Below are positions 7,281 to 14,597 of a DNA stretch of 34,403 bases, piece by piece. The translations under genes were made by a program, and so were the position numbers. Source of the stretch: a virus (lineage: Duplodnaviria > Caudoviricetes); the IMG/VR virus record IMGVR_UViG_3300034062_001508, positions 1 through 34,403 of that record. One strand, written 5' to 3'. The notes beneath the pieces are model-generated. The model was not told where the DNA came from. It saw only the letters and a program-made list of their open reading frames with translations, and made no database searches. Positions within the stretch are counted from its first letter, which is position 1. Each line of letters opens with the position of its first letter.

Positions 7281-7514
7281 ATGGGTGGAGCAGTCCAAAA
7301 AGTAGGTCAAGCTATTGGCGTTGATAAAAAGCCACAAGCCCCACAGATGTCAATGGAAGAAAGCGCTGAAGATGCTATTGAAAGAGCTAGTGCAATGGAT
7401 GAGCAACAAGGCGCTCGTATGCGCGGTGCTCGCCGCCGTGGCCGTCAACTCTTGTCGGATGCTCGTTTAAATACTACTGGCAGCGAAACGCTTGGTGGCG
7501 GCAATAATCTGTAA
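7281..7514 (+). CDS. Small virion protein, paralogue of the upstream gene
   Basis: MGG start; RRRGRQLLSDARL...ETLG parallels RRRGGSRMLLADTRL...QTLG of 7030-7278. Confidence 0.6.
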   Translation: MGGAVQKVGQAIGVDKKPQAPQMSMEESAEDAIERASAMDEQQGARMRGARRRGRQLLSDARLNTTGSETLGGGNNL

Positions 7515-7523
7515 GGAAAAATC

Positions 7524-7679
7524 ATGCCAGATAAAGATAAGATGCAAAGCAAGGTTGCCAAGGTAATGCGCGAGTATTCCAAAGGCAAACTGAAATCCAG
7601 CGGCGGCCAAAAGGTAAAGACGCCTGAGCAGGCCAAAGCCATTGCAATGTCAGAAGGCCGCAAGGCTGGTGGATATTAA
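7524..7679 (+). CDS. DUF6496-like small basic protein, 51 aa
   Basis: KVAKVMREYSKGKLKSSGGQKVKTPEQAKAIAMSEGRK; AAGGA SD; missed by the ORF track. Confidence 0.75.
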   Translation: MPDKDKMQSKVAKVMREYSKGKLKSSGGQKVKTPEQAKAIAMSEGRKAGGY

Positions 7680-7680
7680 T

Positions 7681-7836
7681 ATGAAACCTGGACTTTATGC
7701 CAATATCCATAAAAAGCGTGAGCGCATTAGTGAGGGCTCTAAGGAGAAGATGCGTAAGCCCGGATCTCCTGGCGCACCTACCGACTCTGCATTTAAAAAG
7801 GCCGCTAAAACCGCAATGAAGCCTAAGAAGTCATAA
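7681..7836 (+). CDS. Small basic phage protein
   Basis: MKPGLYANIHKKRERI...MRKPGSPGAPT..AFKKAAKT, a pattern I recognise from phage structural regions. Confidence 0.7.
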   Translation: MKPGLYANIHKKRERISEGSKEKMRKPGSPGAPTDSAFKKAAKTAMKPKKS

Positions 7837-8420
7837 TGGCCATTGAAGTCAAGCGCGAGTCGCTAGATACTAAGTCGCAGCACGTATCCGTTTCTTTTGT
7901 AAATGGTGACGGTACTCAGCAATTAGCTGGCTCTGAAAGGCCATTGCCTACGCAAGACATTGGCAATATTCGCCTTGAGGAAGGTCGTTCTTTTGCGATT
8001 GGCTTTGTTAAGGATTTTGATAACCCCTTAGCGGATAACGCAAGTATTGATATTGCTATTGCTTTTGCTGCTGGCGTTACTCCAAATATCGGCATCTATG
8101 GATTATGCGCTGGCGATGCAATGGGCTATCTGTATGAGGGTTCAGTAGTAACAGGCGGCACAAGCCTGACGGCAATAAATAAAAACAGGAACTTTACCGC
8201 AGCAAGCCAGTCGGCGGCATTATTAAATCCAACAGTTACTACGCTTGGCACTCCTATTCTGACTCAGATATTAATTGGTGGAACAGGCAAAAAAGCGGGT
8301 GGTGGCTCAATCAGCGGAACAGACGTTATTTTAAAACCGCTCACTACTTACTTGTTTAGGCTTACAAACGTCAACGGCACAGCTCACGCCGCTGAGATTA
8401 TATTGGAGTGGTACGAGTGA
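7836..8420 (+). CDS. Hypothetical beta-rich protein, possibly virion-associated
   Basis: 194-aa G/T/A-rich ORF coupled to both neighbours in the late operon. Confidence 0.6.
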   Translation: MAIEVKRESLDTKSQHVSVSFVNGDGTQQLAGSERPLPTQDIGNIRLEEGRSFAIGFVKDFDNPLADNASIDIAIAFAAGVTPNIGIYGLCAGDAMGYLYEGSVVTGGTSLTAINKNRNFTAASQSAALLNPTVTTLGTPILTQILIGGTGKKAGGGSISGTDVILKPLTTYLFRLTNVNGTAHAAEIILEWYE

Positions 8421-8686
8421 GAAAAGAGCATAAGAGCCCAAGCGGCGGTCTTACTGAGGCTGGCCGTAAATACTTTAAGCGTACTGAGGGCAGCAATCTA
8501 AAAGCTCCAGTAAAAGAAGGCACAAACCCACGGCGCGTATCGTTTGCCGCTCGGTTTGGTGGTATGGCTGGGCCGTTAACAGATGAGAATGGAAAGCCTA
8601 CACGCCTAAAGCTAGCGCTGAAGAAGTGGGGATTTGGTAGCAAAGAGGCAGCTCGCAACTTTGCGAATAGACACAAAAAGGATTGA
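8417..8686 (+). CDS. DUF6321-like basic protein
   Basis: GGLTEAGRKYF....GSNLKAPV.....RRVSFAARFGGM...LALKKWG; GTG start overlapping the upstream TGA. Confidence 0.75.
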   Translation: MRKEHKSPSGGLTEAGRKYFKRTEGSNLKAPVKEGTNPRRVSFAARFGGMAGPLTDENGKPTRLKLALKKWGFGSKEAARNFANRHKKD

Positions 8687-8687
8687 T

Positions 8688-10256
8688 ATGGCTGAGATGA
8701 TGCGTTTAAAACCAGAGCAAATTTTAAAGCGCCACGAAATTGCTTTAACTAAGAAAGAAGATTTCCGCGACTTATACGATGAGGCATACGAGTTTGCTTT
8801 GCCGCAACGTAACCTGTACGATGGATATTACGATGGCAAGGTAGGCGGCGCTAAGAAGATGAACCGCGTATTTGATGCTACTGCTATCAACTCTACGCAG
8901 CGTTTTGCTAACCGCATCCAGTCAGGCATATTTCCCCCACAGCGTAGATGGTGCCGATTAGAGGCTGGCCCTGATATTCCAGAGGATCGCAAAGCAGAGG
9001 CAAACGCAGCTCTTGATATCTACACAGAAAAGCTGTTTGCGACTATTAAGCAGTCTAACTTTGATATTGCTGTCGGTGAGTTTTTGTTAGATCTGTCAGT
9101 CGGTACTGCGGTAATGATGGTGCAGCCTGGTGATGACGTATCGCCAATTAACTACATTCCCGTGCCACAGTTTTTAGTTGCGTTTGAGGAAGGCGCTAAC
9201 GGCCAAGTAGATAACGTATACCGCCGTATGCGTATCAAGGGTGAGGCTATTACCCAGCAATGGAAAGACGCAGTTATCTCTTCTGATTTACAGGTTAAGA
9301 TTGACAACAAACCTACAGAAGATGTAGAGCTAATCGAGGCTACTGTATTTGATCCTAAGCGTGGTGACTATTGCTATCACGTAATCCACAAAGAGTCCAA
9401 GACTGAGATTGTGTATCGCAGACTAAAGCATAGCCCTTGGGTAGTTAGTCGCTATATGAAAGTCGCTGGCGAGATTTATGGTCGTGGCCCATTAATTACA
9501 GCTCTGCCAGATATTAAGACATTGAACAAGGTAAAAGAGCTCGTACTTAAAAATGCTAGCTTGGCTATCTCAGGCGTATACACAGCGGCAGACGATGGTG
9601 TATTGAACCCAGCTACCGTTAAGATTATCCCCGGTGCAATTATCCCAGTAGCGCGTAATGGTGGCCCACAAGGCGAATCATTAAAACCGCTACCACGCGC
9701 TGGGGATTTCAACGTATCGCAGATTATTATTAATGACTTGGTGCAAAACATCAAGCGCATCTTGCTTGATGAGTCATTGCCGCCTGACAATATGTCTGCT
9801 CGCTCTGCTACAGAAGTAGTCGAGCGCATGAAGGAATTAAGCCAAAACTTAGGCTCTGCTTTTGGTCGCCTGATTAACGAGACCATGATTCCTTTGGTAA
9901 GCAAGACTTTACAGGTAATGGATGAGCGTGGCCTGATCGATCTGCCATTACGAGTCAATGGATTAGAGGTGCGTGTATCTCCTATCGCTCCGCTGGCTAT
10001 GGCGCAGAACATGGAAGATGTAACTAACACAATGCAGTTTGTACAGATGGCTGCACAGTTAGGGCCAGAGGGGCAAGCAACGCCTAAGTACGGTGAGATT
10101 ATTGACTTTATCGCTGATAAGCTGGGCGTACCTAGCAGGCTCAGAACATCACCAGAGGAACGCGCATTTAACTTAGAGCAAGCAGCCCAGCAAGCTCAGC
10201 AACTAGCCCAGCAGAATCCAGAGGCGGAGGCTGAAGTAATAGGCAATATGCAATGA
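8688..10256 (+). CDS. Portal (head-to-tail connector) protein, T7 gp8/BPP-1-like
   Basis: FDATAINS...LLDLSVGTA...PWVVSRY...GEIYGRGP...LPDIKTLN...SATEVVER...LGSAFGRL..E motifs; about 522 aa. Confidence 0.93.
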   Translation: MAEMMRLKPEQILKRHEIALTKKEDFRDLYDEAYEFALPQRNLYDGYYDGKVGGAKKMNRVFDATAINSTQRFANRIQSGIFPPQRRWCRLEAGPDIPEDRKAEANAALDIYTEKLFATIKQSNFDIAVGEFLLDLSVGTAVMMVQPGDDVSPINYIPVPQFLVAFEEGANGQVDNVYRRMRIKGEAITQQWKDAVISSDLQVKIDNKPTEDVELIEATVFDPKRGDYCYHVIHKESKTEIVYRRLKHSPWVVSRYMKVAGEIYGRGPLITALPDIKTLNKVKELVLKNASLAISGVYTAADDGVLNPATVKIIPGAIIPVARNGGPQGESLKPLPRAGDFNVSQIIINDLVQNIKRILLDESLPPDNMSARSATEVVERMKELSQNLGSAFGRLINETMIPLVSKTLQVMDERGLIDLPLRVNGLEVRVSPIAPLAMAQNMEDVTNTMQFVQMAAQLGPEGQATPKYGEIIDFIADKLGVPSRLRTSPEERAFNLEQAAQQAQQLAQQNPEAEAEVIGNMQ

Positions 10257-10537
10257 GTAAATTAGAGCAAGCGCTTACAGAAGGATGGGAAGGCCTCAAT
10301 GAGATATCCTTGGATATTAGGGATTCTCAGCAGGCCGTAGAGGATTTGAATAAGCTATGCCTCAGAGTATTAGGTACTGAGGATGGCCAAAAGCTCATGG
10401 GATGGCTACGTGCCTCCATACTAGAGCAACCAGTCGCCACGCCTGGTAGCGACTCTAGCTATGCTTACTACCGAGAAGGGCAGAACAGCATTGTTAGAGA
10501 CCTTGAAGCGAGGCTAATTAAAGCTAGGAAAATGTAA
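10253..10537 (+). CDS. Bbp19-like phage protein
   Basis: GTEDGQKLM..L...AYYREGQNSIV pattern, directly after the portal. Confidence 0.65.
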   Translation: MSKLEQALTEGWEGLNEISLDIRDSQQAVEDLNKLCLRVLGTEDGQKLMGWLRASILEQPVATPGSDSSYAYYREGQNSIVRDLEARLIKARKM

Positions 10538-10539
10538 CC

Positions 10540-11316
10540 ATGAATGACGAAGCGAACCAACCCGCAGCAGAAAGCGGCCTATTGGATTCAGCAACAGTTG
10601 ATGACAGTAATGCCGCAGAGCAACAAGAGCCAAGTAGCACCACAATCAGCCATTTGGCGCCACAAGAAGATGATTCTCCCCTAGAAAGACCTGATTGGTG
10701 GCCAGAGAACTTTTGGAAAAAAGACACTACTGAGCCAGACTTAGAGGGCATTGCGAAGTCGTGGTCTGACCTGCGTAAGCAGATTAGCCAAGGCAAGCAC
10801 AAAGCCCCAGTAGATGGAAAGTACGATACCGCATCCTTTGGTGATGTACCAGATAATGACCCTGTAAAGAGCCATGTGCTGAGCTGGGCTAAGGAATACG
10901 GCGTATCGCAGGCCGCACTAGATACCCTAGTCGGTGAAGTTGTTAAAATGGGTGGCGAGCAGGTTGAAGTTAGCCAGCGTACCATTGAGCAAGAACGTGC
11001 AGCTCTAGGCCCCAATGCCGATGTTGTAATCAAAGGCATGACAGACTGGGCGCGTGGGCTAGTAAACAAAGGCATCTGGGGTAAAGATGACTTTGAGGAA
11101 TTTAAGTATATGGGTGGCACAGCCAAAGGCCTAAAGGCTTTAGCTAAAGTACGGGAGGCTTACGAGGGTACTCGGATTCCTACCCAATCCATGCCAGTTG
11201 AGGGAGCCCCATCTAAAGATGAGCTCTATCAGATGGTAGCGGATCCTAAGTACAAGACAGACCCAGCATACCGAGCCAAGGTAGAGAAGATGTTTAACTC
11301 GACTTTCGGTCAATAG
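10540..11316 (+). CDS. Capsid scaffolding/assembly protein
   Basis: Acidic N-terminus, RPDWWPENFW, C-terminal DPKYKTDPAYRAKVEK; lies between portal and capsid genes. Confidence 0.8.
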   Translation: MNDEANQPAAESGLLDSATVDDSNAAEQQEPSSTTISHLAPQEDDSPLERPDWWPENFWKKDTTEPDLEGIAKSWSDLRKQISQGKHKAPVDGKYDTASFGDVPDNDPVKSHVLSWAKEYGVSQAALDTLVGEVVKMGGEQVEVSQRTIEQERAALGPNADVVIKGMTDWARGLVNKGIWGKDDFEEFKYMGGTAKGLKALAKVREAYEGTRIPTQSMPVEGAPSKDELYQMVADPKYKTDPAYRAKVEKMFNSTFGQ

Positions 11317-11337
11317 ATCCTTCACGGGAGTGGCTTG

Positions 11338-11366
11338 CCCCGGCGCAGTACGGCCGGGGTTTTTTT
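11338..11366 (+). terminator. Rho-independent terminator
   Basis: CCCCGGC-GCAGTACG-GCCGGGG followed by T7. Confidence 0.85.
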
Positions 11367-11411
11367 ACGCCTATAAAAATATTTACATAAAGTGTTGTGT
11401 TTTAGTAACAC

Positions 11412-11425
11412 TTCTGCTAGAAACT
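11412..11425 (+). promoter_or_regulatory. Putative promoter motif TTCTGCTAGAAACT upstream of the capsid gene
   Basis: Identical 14-mer at 33691-33704; both sites are in non-coding leaders and contain an extended -10-like TG-C-TAGAAA. Confidence 0.5.
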
Positions 11426-11571
11426 CCATAAGGCATATCATTTAATTGACCCTTAATGCAGATATCTCTGCCGACTGGCTAGCGTAACTAGCAAGCATAC
11501 GGCCCTGCGAAACAGGCTAACCGAAGCAATAAACCTTAATTTTTTGTTTACCTATCTTAGGAGATTTTCAA

Positions 11572-12417
11572 ATGAGCATTTCATTATCTAATGCCTTTGT
11601 AACTCTATTTGATGCTGAGGTAAAACAGGCCTACCAGGGCAAGGCTATGCTGGTTGGTGCTGTACGTCAGCGTCGTGGAGTAGAAGGTTCTACCGTTAAA
11701 TTCCCAAAAGTTGGCAAGGGCGTAGCTACAGCACGCATTAGCCAGTCCGATGTAACCCCATTAAACGTAGGCTTTTCCAATGTAACTTGCACATTGCAAG
11801 ACTGGAACGCTGCTGAATATAGCGATATTTTCAGCCAAGCCAAAGTAAACTTTGATGAGCGCTCAGAGCTCGTACAAGTATTGGGCAACGCTATCGGCCG
11901 CCGTCAAGACCAGTTGGTTTTAGATGCTTTAGCTGCATCAAGCACCTCTTTGACTGTTGGCAACGATATCGGTGGTACTGACACCAACATGAACGTAGCT
12001 AAGCTCCGCGAAGCTAAGAAGCTGTTGGATAAAAACAACGTACCCCCAGAAGGTCGTCATATCATTCTCCACGCATCTGGCTTGGCATCTTTGTTGTCTG
12101 AAACAGCCGTAACCAGCTCAGACTTCAATACCGTTAAGGCTTTGGTTGCTGGTGAAATTAACACCTTCTTAGGCTTTACTTTCCACATTTTGGGCGACCG
12201 CTCTGAAGGTGGTTTGGCTATTGATAATAGCTTGGATCGCACCTGCTTTGCTTTCCATAAAGACTCTATCGGCTACGCTGAAGGCATTGCTCCACGCACC
12301 GAAATCAATTACATCCCAGAGAAAACATCGTTCCTCGTGAACTCTGTATTCTCCGCTGGTGCGATTGCTATTGATGCTGAGGGTATCGTTCAGATCACCG
12401 CTCGCGAAACAGCCTAA
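11572..12417 (+). CDS. Major capsid protein
   Basis: AFVTLFDAEVKQAYQ...FPKVG...AIGRRQDQL...FLGFTF pattern; strong AGGAG SD; follows the scaffold gene. Confidence 0.92.
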   Translation: MSISLSNAFVTLFDAEVKQAYQGKAMLVGAVRQRRGVEGSTVKFPKVGKGVATARISQSDVTPLNVGFSNVTCTLQDWNAAEYSDIFSQAKVNFDERSELVQVLGNAIGRRQDQLVLDALAASSTSLTVGNDIGGTDTNMNVAKLREAKKLLDKNNVPPEGRHIILHASGLASLLSETAVTSSDFNTVKALVAGEINTFLGFTFHILGDRSEGGLAIDNSLDRTCFAFHKDSIGYAEGIAPRTEINYIPEKTSFLVNSVFSAGAIAIDAEGIVQITARETA

Positions 12418-12431
12418 TAGGAGAATAAATC

Positions 12432-12713
12432 ATGGCATATAACTCAACCGGATTAAACCTAGCCTCTGGTTCAAAGGCTGGCAACGCTCCTCAATTTTGG
12501 ACTTACAAAACCGCTGATCTGATTACAGCAGTTGATGGCTCTGGTTATTTCAACAGCGCTGCATCTCTGTTAAAAGTAGGCGATCTAATGTACGTTCACG
12601 CTAACTCGGCTGGCACAACACCTACCTATGGCTTTGTAATTGTTACAAGCAATACAGGTACGGTTGTTGATGTAACGAACGCAACTGCATTAGGTGCTAT
12701 TGATAGCGACTAA
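12432..12713 (+). CDS. Putative capsid decoration/cement protein
   Basis: Small S/T/G/A-rich protein right after the MCP with a strong AGGAG SD; GYFN...LKVGDL motif. Confidence 0.6.
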   Translation: MAYNSTGLNLASGSKAGNAPQFWTYKTADLITAVDGSGYFNSAASLLKVGDLMYVHANSAGTTPTYGFVIVTSNTGTVVDVTNATALGAIDSD

Positions 12714-12734
12714 TAATTAGGGTTTACCCTAGTT

Positions 12735-13340
12735 ATGGCTGAAATCTATGGCACTAAGCACAAGGGTCGCGCCATTATATGTGGTGCGGCTCCTTGTGTT
12801 TTTAAAGATGTAGAAATAGCACGGGCCTTATGGCCCGATGCTGTTTTGTTGGGAGTAAACAATGCTGCGGCAATGTTTCCTGAGATTGAGCACATTTGGA
12901 CTCAGCATGGAGATCACGCTCAAATGTTTAAGGAAAACGCAGGTCGTAAGATTTACGTACACGCTAGGCCTAGGAAGTTCAGTAATGGCGGTGGTATTTG
13001 GCTTTTGCCAGTATCAAAAGATAAGTGGTCGTTTGTAGATTATAGGTGGCCTAGCATTAGCTGGGTGGCTGGTTCAAGTGGCGTAGCTGGCGCATTATGG
13101 GCAAAGCACGGCATGGGATTTGATGAAGTAATGATGGCTGGTGCGCCATTAGAAATAAGCAGTTTGGTGTATTCGGATAAGTACCCTAGCAAACCAACTA
13201 AAGATAACGGTTGTTTTGCTGAGATGAGTCAGGTAGAGCATTGGGCGCAGATCCTAAGAGACCATAAAACAAAAGGATTAACAGAGGGTATTTACTCTGT
13301 AAGCGGTGAAACAAATAAGATATTAGGGATGCCATGCTAA
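12735..13340 (+). CDS. Maf/GT29/GT42-like (sialyltransferase-fold) putative glycosyltransferase
   Basis: AIICGAAP and GVN resemble sialylmotif L; GSSGVAGALWA..MGFDEVMMAG resembles sialylmotif S. Confidence 0.6.
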   Translation: MAEIYGTKHKGRAIICGAAPCVFKDVEIARALWPDAVLLGVNNAAAMFPEIEHIWTQHGDHAQMFKENAGRKIYVHARPRKFSNGGGIWLLPVSKDKWSFVDYRWPSISWVAGSSGVAGALWAKHGMGFDEVMMAGAPLEISSLVYSDKYPSKPTKDNGCFAEMSQVEHWAQILRDHKTKGLTEGIYSVSGETNKILGMPC

Positions 13341-13996
13341 GCGTGGTATGTGTACTAAAGGCAGGAAGGTTTGACCAAGGCGTATACAAAGATGGGTACA
13401 CCCCAGACGATGTACTTAGGCTGCGTAATATGGTTACTGCTAATTTACATATTCCCCATCGTTTTATTTGTTTTTCTGATGTTGGTGTACCGTGCGAGCG
13501 TATTCCTTTAAAGAATAACTGGCCGGGGTGGTGGTCAAAGATTGAGATATTCTCAGAAGTGTTTGACGACACCGTTTTGTACATTGATTTAGATACGGTA
13601 ATTGCTGGAGATATTACACATTTTGCGGAGTATAACCATCGCTTTACGATGCTTAAAGACTTCTCAAAGTGGGATATACCGAATAGTGGTTTGATGGCTT
13701 GGAATGGGGATTATTCCTTCTTATATAAAACCTTTACGAAAGGTAAAGACAAGTATATGATTGAATACAATAAAATGCCCAGATTAGGAGACCAGTCTTT
13801 TATATCTGAACATCAAGCACCGTATGATTTTTGGCAAGAGGTTTTTCCAGAGCAAGTGTTTTCGTATAAGAAACACATACTAGAAAAGCCAAAGCCAGCA
13901 GACGCAAGGGTTGTATGTTTCCACGGTGAGCCAAAGGGAGCTGGCTCTAGTGGTTGGGTAAAAGATATTTGGAGCAAGTCAAATGGCAGCTGGTGA
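13334..13996 (+). CDS. GT-A fold (GT8-like) glycosyltransferase
   Basis: WWSKIEIF, LYIDLDTVI (DxD), NSGLMAW, GDQSFI and VVCFHGEPK motifs. Confidence 0.85.
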   Translation: MLSVVCVLKAGRFDQGVYKDGYTPDDVLRLRNMVTANLHIPHRFICFSDVGVPCERIPLKNNWPGWWSKIEIFSEVFDDTVLYIDLDTVIAGDITHFAEYNHRFTMLKDFSKWDIPNSGLMAWNGDYSFLYKTFTKGKDKYMIEYNKMPRLGDQSFISEHQAPYDFWQEVFPEQVFSYKKHILEKPKPADARVVCFHGEPKGAGSSGWVKDIWSKSNGSW

Positions 13997-14597
13997 TACC
14001 GCACTATCAATATGTTCTGACGCATTATTGATGCTGGGCGCAAAGCCCATATCTTCTTTTGACGAAGGATCCGATGAGGCATCTGTAGCCAATCGACTGT
14101 ATCCAGATATTAAGGATCAGGCGCTACTTATGTACCCTTGGTCTTTTAGCTTTAAAAAGACATCTATAGCGCGTTTACTAACGACACCTATTAACGAGTA
14201 CCGTTATGAGTATCAGCTGCCAGGAGACCGTTTAACGAGTCCTAGAGCTATCTACGATACCAACGCTACCAACATCCCGCCGCGCAAAGAATATCGCATC
14301 ATTGGCGACAAGCTGCTTGCCGACTATGAGCAGGTCTATATTGACTATCAATACTCTGTGCCTGAGTTTGAGATGCCTACCTACTTTGTTCAGCTGCTCA
14401 AGTACATGATGACTTGGCACCTCGCTTTGCCTATTACCGACCAAACAGACAAAAGCCAGTACTGGCAGTCTGTAGCTACAGGCGGCCCGTCTGAGAATGG
14501 CCGTGGTGGCTATCTGCGTCAGGCTATGAATATTGATGGCCAAGGCAATCCAACTAATGCTATTAATGACTTTTCACTTATTGCCGTGAGGTATTAA
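13983..14597 (+). CDS. Tail tubular protein A (adaptor, T7 gp11-like)
   Basis: ICSDALLMLGA.PI.SF...LY......L...PWSF...YQLP.D motifs; position and size fit. Confidence 0.85.
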   Translation: MAAGDTALSICSDALLMLGAKPISSFDEGSDEASVANRLYPDIKDQALLMYPWSFSFKKTSIARLLTTPINEYRYEYQLPGDRLTSPRAIYDTNATNIPPRKEYRIIGDKLLADYEQVYIDYQYSVPEFEMPTYFVQLLKYMMTWHLALPITDQTDKSQYWQSVATGGPSENGRGGYLRQAMNIDGQGNPTNAINDFSLIAVRY

